DNA of 64,000 bases from Macrostomum hystrix (taxonomy: Eukaryota; Animalia; Platyhelminthes): the NCBI GenBank assembly GCA_950097015.1, contig CATNEN010000041.1, positions 2,852,001 through 2,916,000 of the forward strand, given 5' to 3'. The notes beneath the pieces are model-generated. The model was not told the origin of the DNA. It made no database searches and was given only the letters and a program-made list of their open reading frames with translations. This document shows positions 54,001 to 63,445 of this stretch, piece by piece. The translations under genes and the position numbers were made by a program. Each line of letters opens with the position of its first letter. Position 1 is the stretch's first letter.

Positions 54001-55398
54001 CGGCGGCAGGGAGAAGCGAGTCCTGGCCGTCCAGCTGCGCGACGGTGACATCGTCATTAGCATGAAGTCTCCGAACCGGATCCTCAGCGAGGTCCGCGCC
54101 GCTATGCCCAGCACCTTCCTGCTGTGCGACGGCGACTGGCACACCGTCGAGGGTGAGCCAGGGATCCGGGGCTCAGGCTGATCTCATCTCATGAGAAGGG
54201 ATGATGAAGGGAGGCTCAGGTTGGTGATGAAGGGAGGCTCAGACTGATGATGAAGGGAGGCTCAGGTTGGTGATGAAGGGAGGCTCAGACTGATGATGAA
54301 GGGAGGCTCAGGTTGGTGATGAAGGGAGGCTCAGGTTGGTGATGAAGGGAGGCTCAGACTGATGATGAAGGGAGGCTCAGGTTGGTGATGAAGGGAGGCT
54401 CAGGTTGGTGATGAAGGGAGGCTCAGGTTGGTGATGAAGGGAGGCTCAGACTGATGATGAAGGAAGGCTCAGACTGATGATGAAGGGAGGCTCAGACTGA
54501 TGATGAAGGGAGGCTCAGACTGATGATGAAGGGAGACTCAGACTGATGATGAAGGGAGGCTCAGACTGATGATGAAGGGAGACTCAGACTGATGATGAAG
54601 GGAGACTCAGACTGATGATGAAGGGAGGCTAATTCTCATTCTGACAAAGTAAATCAGGCAGATTCGGCAGGGAGGCTGTCAGTTTGTCAGTAATGATAGA
54701 ACATCAGCAGAAAATTCATTTCCTCCGTCTCCTCGCAGCTGAGATTGACTTCCGCCGAGTCCGCGTGTGGGTCGACGACCGGCTGTCAGTGATCGGCGCC
54801 CTGCCGGTGCAGTTTGAAGGCTTCGATGGCCAGCCGTTCCTCGGAGGCCTGCCGAGCAGCGGTGAGTTGCGGCTGAGCCCTGACCCAACTGGTTTCCAGT
54901 CCTAGTCACACAGACGCCACCCATGCGTGTAATATTCCCTGAGCAGAAATTACGAGTCAGTATGACCCGAGCTCTGACCTATATTGACTCACATTGACCA
55001 ACATTGACCAACATTGACCCACATTGACCAACATTGACCCACATTGACCTACATTCACTCATATTGACCCACATTGACCCAAATTGACCTACATTGACCC
55101 ACATTGACCTACATTGACCCACATTGACCTAAATTGACCCACATTGACCCACATTGACCTACATTGACCTACATTGACCCACATTGCCCTAAATTGACCC
55201 AAATTGACCAACATTGATCCACATTGACCCGAATTGACCCTTGGCCTCGCAGACATGTCCAGCAGTCTGAGCTTCCTGCCCGGCAACTATGTCGGCTGCC
55301 TGAAGTCGGTAGCCATCAACGGGGAGGCGCTGCCGCTGGCCGGATTCCACGCCACGGACACCGGCCTTGTGCGGAAGGGCGCCTGCTATGTGGGCTGA
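30076..55398 (+). CDS. LAMA5: Laminin alpha chain, alpha-3/5 (LanA) type; 48 exons, about 3640 aa
   Basis: Signal peptide (MRSWLPTGPLLPLLLLLLRCSG), LN domain, LE repeats including the alpha3/5-type [35 protein letters not shown], large L4 globule (about 35530-37616), second L4/IV domain (40758-42060), coiled coil (about 44200-48782), five LG domains (48957-55398). My 48 hand-called exons (first 30076-30687, last 55253-55398) sum to 10923 nt with consistent phases. The symbol denotes family similarity, not proven orthology. Confidence 0.95.
31005..31216. repeat. 20-bp minisatellite, laminin intron 2
   Basis: Unit CATCCT(A/T)CCAATATCCCTCA. Confidence 0.93.
31455..31908. repeat. 31-bp minisatellite, laminin intron 3
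   Basis: Unit GGAGCTATTAGGAACTGGACTATGGGTTGCC. Confidence 0.93.
32225..32930. repeat. About 31-bp minisatellite, laminin intron 4
   Basis: Unit GTGTTTAGCGGTGTTTCTGATGACCAGCAGT. Confidence 0.93.
33075..33685. repeat. 21-22-bp minisatellite, laminin intron 5
   Basis: Unit CCATTATCATCCC(T/C)CAATC(T/A)G. Confidence 0.93.
34124..34300. repeat. 48-bp minisatellite (about 3.5 copies), laminin intron 7
   Basis: Unit GATCTGGCATTTGCACCTGCTGGAGGATGGGAATGATCTGCCCGATGG. Confidence 0.92.
36210..36326. repeat. 16-bp minisatellite, laminin intron 10
   Basis: Unit ACTGATCCAGCATCTG. Confidence 0.92.
36698..36824. repeat. 24-bp minisatellite, laminin intron 11
   Basis: Unit GGACCTGTCTGACACCTCCTTCTA. Confidence 0.92.
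37358..37480. repeat. 20-bp minisatellite, laminin intron 12
   Basis: Unit TGTCTGACTGTCACTGATGC. Confidence 0.92.
37612..38100. repeat. 16-bp splice-donor-derived minisatellite (about 30 copies), laminin intron 13
   Basis: Unit GTCAGGTGAGCTG(G/A)AG; the first copy spans the exon/intron junction at 37616/37617. Confidence 0.97.
38165..38270. repeat. 35-bp repeat x3 just upstream of the intron 13 acceptor
   Basis: Unit ACTCAACAGTTGCTCACTGACCCTGATTCGCTGAC; contains CTGAC branch-like motifs. Confidence 0.9.
38485..38920. repeat. About 29-bp donor-derived minisatellite, laminin intron 14
   Basis: Unit GTGAGTCTAGTCAGGTGTCTAGTCAGTGA starting at the donor at 38487. Confidence 0.95.
39390..39992. 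repeat. 25-bp/50-bp dimeric minisatellite, laminin intron 16
   Basis: Alternating GGAACTGGCAGATTGGGATAAAAGT and GGAACTGGCAGATTGGGAGAATAGT type units. Confidence 0.92.
40488..40712. repeat. 16-bp minisatellite, laminin intron 18
   Basis: Unit GTGAATGGGTGCTGG(G/T). Confidence 0.93.
41237..41307 (+). other. Degenerate tRNA-like element (tRNA pseudogene or SINE head) in laminin intron 20
   Basis: A-box-like TGGCAGAGCGA, TTTG/CAAA stem around a CTCTCGA loop, B-box-like GCTCGAATCC at tRNA-like spacing. T-stem and acceptor stem pair poorly. Confidence 0.45.
41338..41452. repeat. 18-bp minisatellite, laminin intron 20
   Basis: Unit GTCAATCCCAGCGCA(G/T)CT. Confidence 0.92.
41632..41905. repeat. 19-bp minisatellite, laminin intron 21
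   Basis: Unit GTTAGACAGGAACCCACCT drifting to GTTAGACAAGAACCTACCT. Confidence 0.92.
42296..42725. repeat. 34-bp minisatellite, laminin intron 22
   Basis: Unit TGGATCCCACTCATTCTCGAATCCCCTTCCATCC. Confidence 0.93.
43503..43630. repeat. 23-bp minisatellite, laminin intron 25
   Basis: Unit CAGATTCCCCAGTCCCAGATTGG. Confidence 0.9.
44843..45562. repeat. 24-bp minisatellite (about 30 copies), laminin intron 29
   Basis: Unit CCATCCACTGTGGAACTCTCAT(T/C)C. Confidence 0.95.
46280..46520. repeat. 24-bp minisatellite, laminin intron 31
   Basis: Unit GGGATTCGAGTCCGGGATGGAGAA. Confidence 0.88.
47063..47857. repeat. 20-bp donor-derived minisatellite (about 40 copies), laminin intron 32
   Basis: Unit (G/A)TGAGTGACTG(G/A)CTGGCTGG starting exactly at the donor at 47063. 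Confidence 0.95.
48372..48537. repeat. 14-bp minisatellite, laminin intron 34
   Basis: Unit GGGATGGACAGTTC. Confidence 0.95.
49141..49412. repeat. 15-bp minisatellite, laminin intron 36
   Basis: Unit AGTGGTCCTGAGTTC. Confidence 0.95.
50133..50415. repeat. 17-bp minisatellite, laminin intron 38
   Basis: Unit CAAGATCCCAATCAACT. Confidence 0.93.
51645..52135. repeat. 21-bp minisatellite, laminin intron 42
   Basis: Unit AACACCTCAGGGATGAGAGTG. Confidence 0.93.
52378..52500. repeat. 14-bp minisatellite, laminin intron 43
   Basis: Unit GGCAGTCCCAGT(C/G/A)A starting within the donor region. Confidence 0.9.
53392..53845. repeat. 22-bp minisatellite, laminin intron 45
   Basis: Unit CTCTGCTTGGAT(T/C)CATCCGTCA. 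Confidence 0.93.
54200..54630. repeat. 23-bp minisatellite, laminin intron 46
   Basis: Unit GATGAAGGGAGGCTCAG(ACT/GTT)G(A/G)T. Confidence 0.93.
54980..55240. repeat. 10-bp tandem repeat, last laminin intron
   Basis: (ATTGACCCAC)n variants running up to the acceptor region. Confidence 0.93.
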
Positions 55399-55711
55399 TC
55401 GACTGAAACAAGCTGCTCAACTGAGCCCTGCTTCACCTCATTTTGGGAGCTGATAAATACGGACTCTGGGCCTCTGAACTGTTTAGTCCAATAATCTGTC
55501 ATTTAGCGATTTTACACTTTTCTATTCAAAAAAAGCGTTTTCACGAGTACTAAAATTTTAGCCGTTTTTTCATAATTTCTTTAAAAGCTTCTTTTCTCTC
55601 AGTACCATGAAAAAAGACGGGGAAATAATTAAACTCAATTGGCTAGCAATGCGAGGAGTCTTCAACTATTCCTTTGTTTCGCTTAGGCCCTAACTGCCAC
55701 AGCCTGCATTC

Positions 55712-56608
55712 TACTGATAGTAGGCCAATCAGCATTCTACTGATAGTAGGCCATACAGCATTCTACTGATAGTAGGCCATACAGCATTCTACTGATAGTA
55801 GGCCATGCAGCATTCTACTGATAGTAGGCCATACAGCATTCTACTGATAGTAGGCCATGCAGCATTCTACTGATAGTAGGCCATACAGCATTCTACTGAT
55901 AGTAGGCCATACAGCATTCTACTGATAGTAGGCCATACAGCATTCTACTGATAGTAGGCCATGCAGCATTCTACTGATAGTAGGCCAATCAGCATTCTAC
56001 TGATAGTAGGCCATACAGCATTCTACTGATAGTAGGCCATATAGCATTCTACTGATAGTAGGCCATGCAGCATTCTACTGATAGTAGGCCATACAGCATT
56101 CTACTGATAGTAGGCCATACAGCATTCTACTGATAGTAGGCCATGCAGCATTCTACTGATAGTAGGCCATACAGCATTCTACTGATAGTAGGCCATACAG
56201 CATTCTACTGATAGTAGGCCATACAGCATTCTACTGATAGTAGGCCATGCAGCATTCTACTGATAGTAGGCCATGCAGCATTCTACTGATAGTAGGCCAT
56301 GCAGCATTCTACTGATAGTAGGCCATATAGCATTCTACTGATAGTAGGCCATACAGCATTCTACTGATAGTAGGCCATACAGCATTCTACTGATAGTAGG
56401 CCATACAGCATTCTACTGATAGTAGGCCATACAGCATTCTACTGATAGTAGGCCATGCAGCATTCTACTGATAGTAGGCCATGCAGCATTCTACTGATAG
56501 TAGGCCATGCAGCATTCTACTGATAGTAGGCCATGCAGCATTCTACTGATAGTAGGCCATACAGCATTCTACTGATAGTAGGCCAATCAGCATTCTACTG
56601 ATAGTAGG
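55712..56608. repeat. 26-bp minisatellite (about 34 copies) downstream of laminin
   Basis: Unit CAGCATTCTACTGATAGTAGGCCAT(A/G). Confidence 0.96.
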
Positions 56609-57123
56609 CTATCCTCGCACCTAGTCAGATAAATCTTACAATTTTGGCATAGCTGTTTATAAGCAGACGCACATCCAGGATCACGTGACCCTCTGACGGA
56701 GATTGAATTGTCGGGTTTGAGGTAGTGGGTAGGATTACGCGCACACAGGTAATAAGACAGGTGTAGCTGCAACTGAATATTTCCCAGTGATAGAACAGGA
56801 CCAGTTACCTTCAGAGCCCTAGAGAGCATTGGCAGAGCTGTGTGAGCTGGCACAGCTGAGGTTCATGAGAGTGCTTGGCAGTTCTGATTGCCGACTGTCT
56901 CCGCTGTCCCCCACCCCCTCCTTATCGCAACTCCGCGGGGTCGCGCGCCTGAACTGTTAGCAGCATTTGCTGAGTCACGGTGTGCGCTGCGGGCTGGGGT
57001 GGGTGGCCGCCTTAGAATAATTGCGCAGCCAGCTGTCTTAAAGAAAGCCAACTCATTCTCAGCCGGCCAGGGGTGTCCGAAGTGCTCAAACAGGTCGTGT
57101 GTGCTCAGCCCAGAAGCTTGTCA

Positions 57124-59469
57124 ATGGAGTTCTATTATTACCTGGCCTTCCTGGTACCAGTGCTGGTCATGGGTGAGTGGCTGCTGCTTTCATCTGCGTG
57201 GGAATCTGTGGATTGGGACAGGAGTTTGCCATTGGCCAACAATCTGCCTTATAATCCCGTACATAGGTGTTTATTAACCCAATATATATATCTATATTAG
57301 GATTTGTTCATATGCAATGGGATTCGACCAACAAATGGATTTGACTTACTAGAGGATTTGATCTATAAGGGGATTTCACCTACAAAGGGATTTCACCTAC
57401 AAGGGGATTTGACCTACAAGGGGATTCGATCTACAAGGGGATTTCACCTACAAGGGACTTTAAGCTACGAGGGGATTTGATATACAAGGGGATTTGACCT
57501 ACGAGGAGGATTTGACCTACGAGGGGATTTGATATACAAAGGGAATGACCTACAAGGGGATTTGACCTACAAGGGGATTTCAACTACAAGGGACTTTTAG
57601 CTACGAGGGGATTTGATACACAAGGGGATTTGATATACAAGGGGATTTGATATACAAGGGGATTTGATATACAAGGGGATTTGACCTACAAGAGGATTTC
57701 ACCTACAAGGGACTTTTAGCTACGAGGGGATTTGATACACAAGGGGATTTGACCTACAAGGGGATTTGATACACAAGGGGATTTGATATACAAAGGGATT
57801 TGATATAAAAGGGGATTTGACCTACAAGAGGATTTCACCTACAAGGGACTTTTAGCTACGAGGGGATTTGATACACAAGGGGATTTGACCTACAAGAGGA
57901 TTTCACCTACAAGCGACTTTTAGCTACGAGGGGATTTGATACACAAGGGGATTTGACCTACAAGGGGATTTGACCTACAAGGGGATTTGATACACAAGGG
58001 GATTTGATATACAAGGGGATTTGATACACAAGGGGATTTGACCTACAAGAGGATTTCACCTACAAGGGACTTTTAGCTACGAGGGGATTTGATACACAAG
58101 GGGATTTGACCTACAAGGGGATTTGACCTACAAGGGGATTTCACCTACAAGGGGATTTCACCTACAAGGGGATTTCACCTGCAAGGGGATTTCACCTACA
58201 AGGGGATTTCACCTACAAGGGGATTTCACCTACAAGGGAATTTTTGCTACGAGGGGATTTGATAGACAAGGGGATTTGACCTACAAGGGGATTCGATCTA
58301 CAAGGGGATTTCACCTACAAGGGACTTTTAGCTACGAGGGGATTTGATATACAAGGGGATTTGACCTACGAGGAGGATTTGACCTACGAGGGGATTTGAT
58401 ATACAAAGGGAATGACCTACAAGGGGATTTGACCTACAAGGGGATTTCACCTACAAGGGACTTTTAGCTACGAGGGGATTTGATACACAAGGGGATTTGA
58501 CCAACAAGGGGATTTGACCTACAAGGGGATTTCACCTACAAGGGGATTTCACCTGCAAGGGGATTTCACCTACAAGGGGATTTCACCTACAAGGGGATTT
58601 TTGCTACGAGGGGATTTGATAGACAAGGGGATTTGACCTACGAGGAGGATTTGACCTACGAGGGGATTTGATATACAAAGGGAATGACCTACAAGGGGAT
58701 TTGACCTACAAGGGGATTTCAACTACAAGGGACTTTTAGCTACGAGGGGATTTGATACACAAGGGGATTTGATATACAAGGGGATTTGATATACAAGGGG
58801 ATTTGATATACAAGGGGATTTGACCTACAAGGGGATTTCACCTACAAGGGACTTTTAGCTACGAGGGGATTTGATACACAAGGGGATTTGACCAACAAGG
58901 GGATTTCACCTACAAGGGGATTTCACCTACAAGGGGATTTCACCTGCAAGGGGATTTCACCTACAAGGGGATTTCACCTACAAGGGGATTTCACCTACAA
59001 GGGAATTTTTGCTACGAGGGGATTTGATAGACAAGGGGATTTGACCTACAAGGGGATTTTACCTACAAGGGACTTTTAGCTACTAGGGGATTTGATACAA
59101 GGGGATTTCACCTACAAGGGGATTTCACCTACAAGGGAATTTTTGCTACGAGGGGATTTGATAGACAAGGGGATTTGACCTACAAGGGGATTTTACCTAC
59201 AAGGGACTTTTAGCTACTAGGGGATTTGATACAAGGGGATTTCACCTAGAAGGATTCATTGAGCTGCAAAGGGTGTAAAGGGATTAATCTTGAATGGGAT
59301 TCAGTGACAAGCAACTGACAGTGCAGCACCGCCCACCGCAGGCCTCATCACCTACCGGATCATGAAGGGCTACAAGGACAAGGAGGCTGCGCGCCTCATC
59401 AAGAAGAAGAAGCGAGAGGAGAAGCGCGAGGCCAAGGACTCCAGGAAGCCGAAGCTGGCCACCTCTTGA
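57124..59469 (+). CDS. Putative 58-aa single-pass membrane microprotein. Exons 57124-57172 and 59342-59469: MEFYYYLAFLVPVLVMGLITYRIMKGYKDKEAARLIKKKKREEKREAKDSRKPKLATS
   Basis: ATG G|GTGAGT donor and CCACCGCAG|GC acceptor join in phase 1. Hydrophobic segment followed by a K/R/E-rich tail, with GC3-rich codons like the neighbouring genes. The true start may lie upstream. Confidence 0.7.
57352..59255. repeat. 17-bp-based minisatellite with higher-order blocks, microprotein intron
   Basis: Unit ACAAGGGGATTT(G/C)A(C/T)(C/A)T; variant block GAGGAGGATTTGACCTACGAGGGGATTTGATATACAAAGGGAATGACC recurs three times. Confidence 0.95.
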
Positions 59470-59851
59470 GCGGCGCGCCCCGCGGAAGCCCCTGATTGGC
59501 TCGCAGTTTTTTCTAAGCGTCCTCCGCATCGCAAATTTGTTTTGATTGCAGAAACTGCTGAGAGACAAACAGCACATCAGCTTGTCATGTCCGATTCCAA
59601 ATCTGCTAAGCTGGTTTCCAACAATTATGTTCATTCGATTCACCACAGCCTACTGTCAGCAATATATTGCGTCTCTAATCAGTCAGTCCTTTTTTGCAGT
59701 TTTTGATGCTCGCATTTTTCAGTCTTCCTTGAGTGAGGAGCGAATTTGATTTGACAGGAAATACACAGAATTAACGAGATGAATGGATTGCGTCACCAGA
59801 GCAGGGCTCCACCGCCCTTTGACAATTCGGCTTCCTTGTCATTCAAATACT

Positions 59852-60275
59852 TGAAGGGTTGCAAGAACTGAATGAGGGAATTTACAGCTAGGGTTTGAAG
59901 GGTTGCAAGAACTGAATGAGGGAATGTACAGCTGGGGGTTGAAGGGTTGCAAGAACTGAATGAGGGAATGTACAGCTAGGGTTTGAAGGGTTGCAAGAAC
60001 TGAATGAGGGAATGTACAGCTGGGGGTTGAAGGGTTCCAAGAACCGAATGAGTGAATGTACAGCTGGGGGTTGAAGGGTTGCAAGAACCGAATGAGTGAA
60101 TGTACAGCTGGGGGTTGAAGGGTTGCAAGAACTGAATGAGGGAATGTACAGCTGGGGGTTGAAGGGTTGCAAGAACTGAATGAGGGAATGTGCAGCTGGG
60201 GGTTGAAGGGTTGCAAGAACTGAATGAGGGAATGTACAGCTAGGGTTTGAAGGGTTGCAAGAACCGAATGAGGGA
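59852..60275. repeat. 44-bp minisatellite (about 9-10 copies), intergenic
   Basis: Unit GAAGGGTTGCAAGAACTGAATGAGGGAATGTACAGCTGGGGGTT. Confidence 0.95.
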
Positions 60276-60415
60276 TTGCACCTTCTTTAACCCGGCCTTT
60301 AAACCTGGCAGAGTTTTAGTACGTAACTGTAAATTAGGTGGGCCCCATCGAGTCCTGATGCTGCTGCAGCTAGCACCAGCTCGGCCTTCTGTTGTCGAAT
60401 GGGGACAACAGGACA

Positions 60416-60497
60416 ACCTGCGCCGGCCGCTGCCGGACCTCGGATGCCTCGCCGACTTCCGTGCCGCCGACACGGACGCCGACGGCCTGCTGACAGT
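60416..60497 (+). repeat. 82-bp exact duplicate of EF-hand gene segment 61549-61630
   Basis: ACCTGCGCCGGCCGCTGCCGGACC...GGCCTGCTGACAGT is identical at both loci. Confidence 0.95.
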
Positions 60498-61334
60498 GTC
60501 AGCTGGGTGCCGGCCGTGCATTTTTCATGAGGCTTTGGCTGCCGGCACAATTCCCGCCAGACCCTGCCGTCATGTGCCTTGCGGCGCTTCGATCGGCCAG
60601 CGAGAAGTTGTCGATCCGGCTAATCCGATCTTTGCCCCGTTAGACGCCGTTTCCCATTTAGCTTGATCCCACTGTGACCCCACACTTTTTATCCCAGGAG
60701 GGGAGGCGAGATTCCCCAGCCGACTTATGCATCATTAATGGGGCTCGTTGCGGTCACGAGCAGAAATCGAACAACCGCTGAGCATCGAGCTGGCGATAAA
60801 ATGCCGCTAAAGCCAACTTTGCCCAGCGGGAGGCCTCCGTTGGCACAAATTTTCTACTCCTGACGGCCGGTGTCAGGGATCCCCTGAGGGGAGGCGGGTA
60901 AATTAACGATATCAGCTCGATGGCGCTAGTTTCGAATGATACTGACTCGAAAAACACGAAGAAAACATTTCTATAGTGGCCATTTATAAACTGCATGTCA
61001 TCTTTGCTGATTGCCCGAGAGCGCAAATGTCTGGTACAAGAAATGGTCGAACAATCCATTCCCTCCCCAATACGGAAAAACATTTTGTAAGGCCTGATCA
61101 AACAGCAGATCCGTGACCCCGCATCCCCGCTGCTCATCTGACCTCCCCATCTGCATAAAGCTCTGGTCCCGAGCGGTCACGAGTCGTTGCTGAATTGCGG
61201 GCTCCCTCGCCTCATCCTGGCAAGGGCCGCCCCATGGGGACCAATGGCCTCCCGGCCAGGCGGCCGCTGCCACTCCGATAAAAGCTGCAGCGAATCGGCC
61301 AGGCAACCTCAGAGACAAGCTGAGCAGCCGAGCC

Positions 61335-61754
61335 ATGAGCAGCAACCGCGACCTGTTCAATGCGTTTGACGTTGATGGCAACGGCAGCCTGGACCTGCGC
61401 GAGTTCGGCGCCCTGATGCGCGCCTTCGGTGGCGGCTCCGACGGCCGCCGCCTGACGGAGGCGGAGGTGGCCGGCATCCTCGGCCGGGTGGACAGCGACG
61501 CCAGCGGCTGCGTGGACTTCGCCGAATTCGAGACTGCCGCGGCGGTCCACCTGCGCCGGCCGCTGCCGGACCTCGGATGCCTCGCCGACTTCCGTGCCGC
61601 CGACACGGACGCCGACGGCCTGCTGACAGTCGAGGAGGCGATCGCCGCGGCCCATCGGCTGGGCAGGCAGCTTCGCGATGCCGGGGACAGCGGCGACAAC
61701 GGCGGAGGTCCGCGACTAATCAGCTACGTGGAGTTCCTGGAGCTGCTGGCATGA
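61335..61754 (+). CDS. Intronless calmodulin-like EF-hand protein, 139 aa
   Basis: EF loops DVDGNGSLDLRE, DSDASGCVDFAE, DTDADGLLTVEE; the fourth loop is degenerate before ISYVEFLELL. Confidence 0.85.
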   Translation: MSSNRDLFNAFDVDGNGSLDLREFGALMRAFGGGSDGRRLTEAEVAGILGRVDSDASGCVDFAEFETAAAVHLRRPLPDLGCLADFRAADTDADGLLTVEEAIAAAHRLGRQLRDAGDSGDNGGGPRLISYVEFLELLA

Positions 61755-61999
61755 AGCCGCGGCACTTTTGAAATGCCGAAACACTGCGAATTTCGCTAAA
61801 CTTTTCTCAAATCCCTTCTGGCACCGCGATTAGCAATTTTTTCTGTTTACATTTATAAAAATACACACGGCTACTGGCATCCGGCATTCGCCGGCACTGA
61901 GATGAGCACCTGCCTCGCATAACAGTTTTGCTTACCTGCGCCTCAGACTTCACCTTCTGACACTCACGGTGACACTGACACCGCGACACTCTCTCTGAC

Positions 62000-63120
62000 A
62001 CTCTCCGTCACTCTCTCTCTCTCTCTCTCTGAATCTCCGTCTCTCTCTCTCTGAATCTCCGTCACTCTCTCTCTGAATCTCCGTCCCTCTCTCTCTGAAT
62101 CTCCGTCACTCTCTCTCTGAATCTCCGTCACTCTCTCTCTGAATCTCCGTCACTCTCTCTCTCTCTCTGAATCTCCGTCACTCTCTCTCTGAATCTCCGT
62201 CACTCTCTCTGAATCTCCGTCCCTCTCTCTCTGAATCTCCGTCACTCTCTCTCTGAATCTCCGCCACTCTCTCTCTGAATCTCCGTCACTCTCTCTCTCT
62301 GAATCTCCGTCACTCTCTCTCTCTGAATCTCCGCCACTCTCTCTCTGAATCTCCGTCACTCTCTCTCTGAATCTCCGTCACTCTCTCTCTCTGAATCTCC
62401 GTCACTCTCTCTCTCTGAATCTCCGTCACTCTCTCTCTGAATCTCCGTCACTCTATCTCTGAATCTCCGTCACTCTCTCTCTGAATCTCCGTCACTCTCT
62501 CTCTGAATCTCCGTCACTCTATCTCTGAATCTCCGTCACTCTCTCTCTGAATCTCCGTCACTCTCTCTCTCTGAATTTCGGTCACTCTCTCTGAATTTCC
62601 GTCACTCTCTCTGAATTTCCGTCACTCTCTCTGAATTTGCGCCACTCTCTCTGAATTTCCGTCACTTTATCTTAATCTCCTCTCCGTCACTCTTTCTCAG
62701 AATCTCCTCTCCGTCTCTCTCTCTCAGAATCTCTGTCACTCTCTCTAAATCTCTGTCACTGTCTCTAAATCTCTGTCACTCTCTCAGAATCTCTGTCACT
62801 CTCTCAGAATCTCTGTCACTCTCTCTAAATCTCTGTCACTCTCTCTAAATCTCTGTCACTCTCTCTAAATCTCTGTCACTCTCTCTGAATCTCTGTCACT
62901 CTCTCTGAATCTCAGTCACTCTTTCTGAATCTCCTTTCCTTAACTACCTCTCTGAATCTCTGTCACTCTCTCTGAATCTCAGTCACTCTTTCTGAATCTC
63001 CTTTCCTTCACTACCTTTCTGAATCTCCTGTCCGTCACTCTCTCTGAATTTCCGTCACTCTCTCTGAAGTTCCGTCACTCTATCTTAATCTCCTCTCCGT
63101 CACTCTCTTTTTGAGTCTCC
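62000..63120. repeat. CT-rich compound minisatellite, about 20-24-bp unit
   Basis: Unit (CT)nGAATCTCCGTCA with a variable (CT) tract. Confidence 0.92.
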
Positions 63121-63376
63121 GTCATTTTTGAAGCTCTAAACATCTCGCAAAATAATCGATCACTTAAACACAAATGCTATAAAAATGCGACCCAGTCTAC
63201 TGTCGCACAAACAAGAGTAGTGTATGGTGCATATGGCTTTGAATTTGCATTTGGAAAAACGCAAACGCACTGATTTAAGATTAAATTACGCCTGCATTTT
63301 CTTGGGCTTTGAATGCCAGTGAGCTTGACTGAGCCATGAGCTACTTAATCAGCCTCTGAAATTTCTGGGCGATTGT

Positions 63377-63445
63377 GACAGCATGTCAGCATGACGGCAT
63401 GACAGCATGACATGACAGCATGACATGACAGCATGACGGCATGAC
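63377..63445. repeat. Short GCATGACA-type tandem repeat
   Basis: CAGCATGACATGACAGCATGAC iterations. Confidence 0.8.

Noticed and set aside
57352-59255. GGGGATTTCACC units as clustered NF-kB/Rel sites
   Set aside because: Imperfect match to GGGRNYYYCC, and easily explained by the GGGAT core seen in many arrays; no functional evidence.
60247-60666. 139-aa ORF as a second EF-hand gene
   Set aside because: Only the 82-bp duplicated segment is EF-hand-like; the rest begins in a tandem repeat and has no recognisable similarity.
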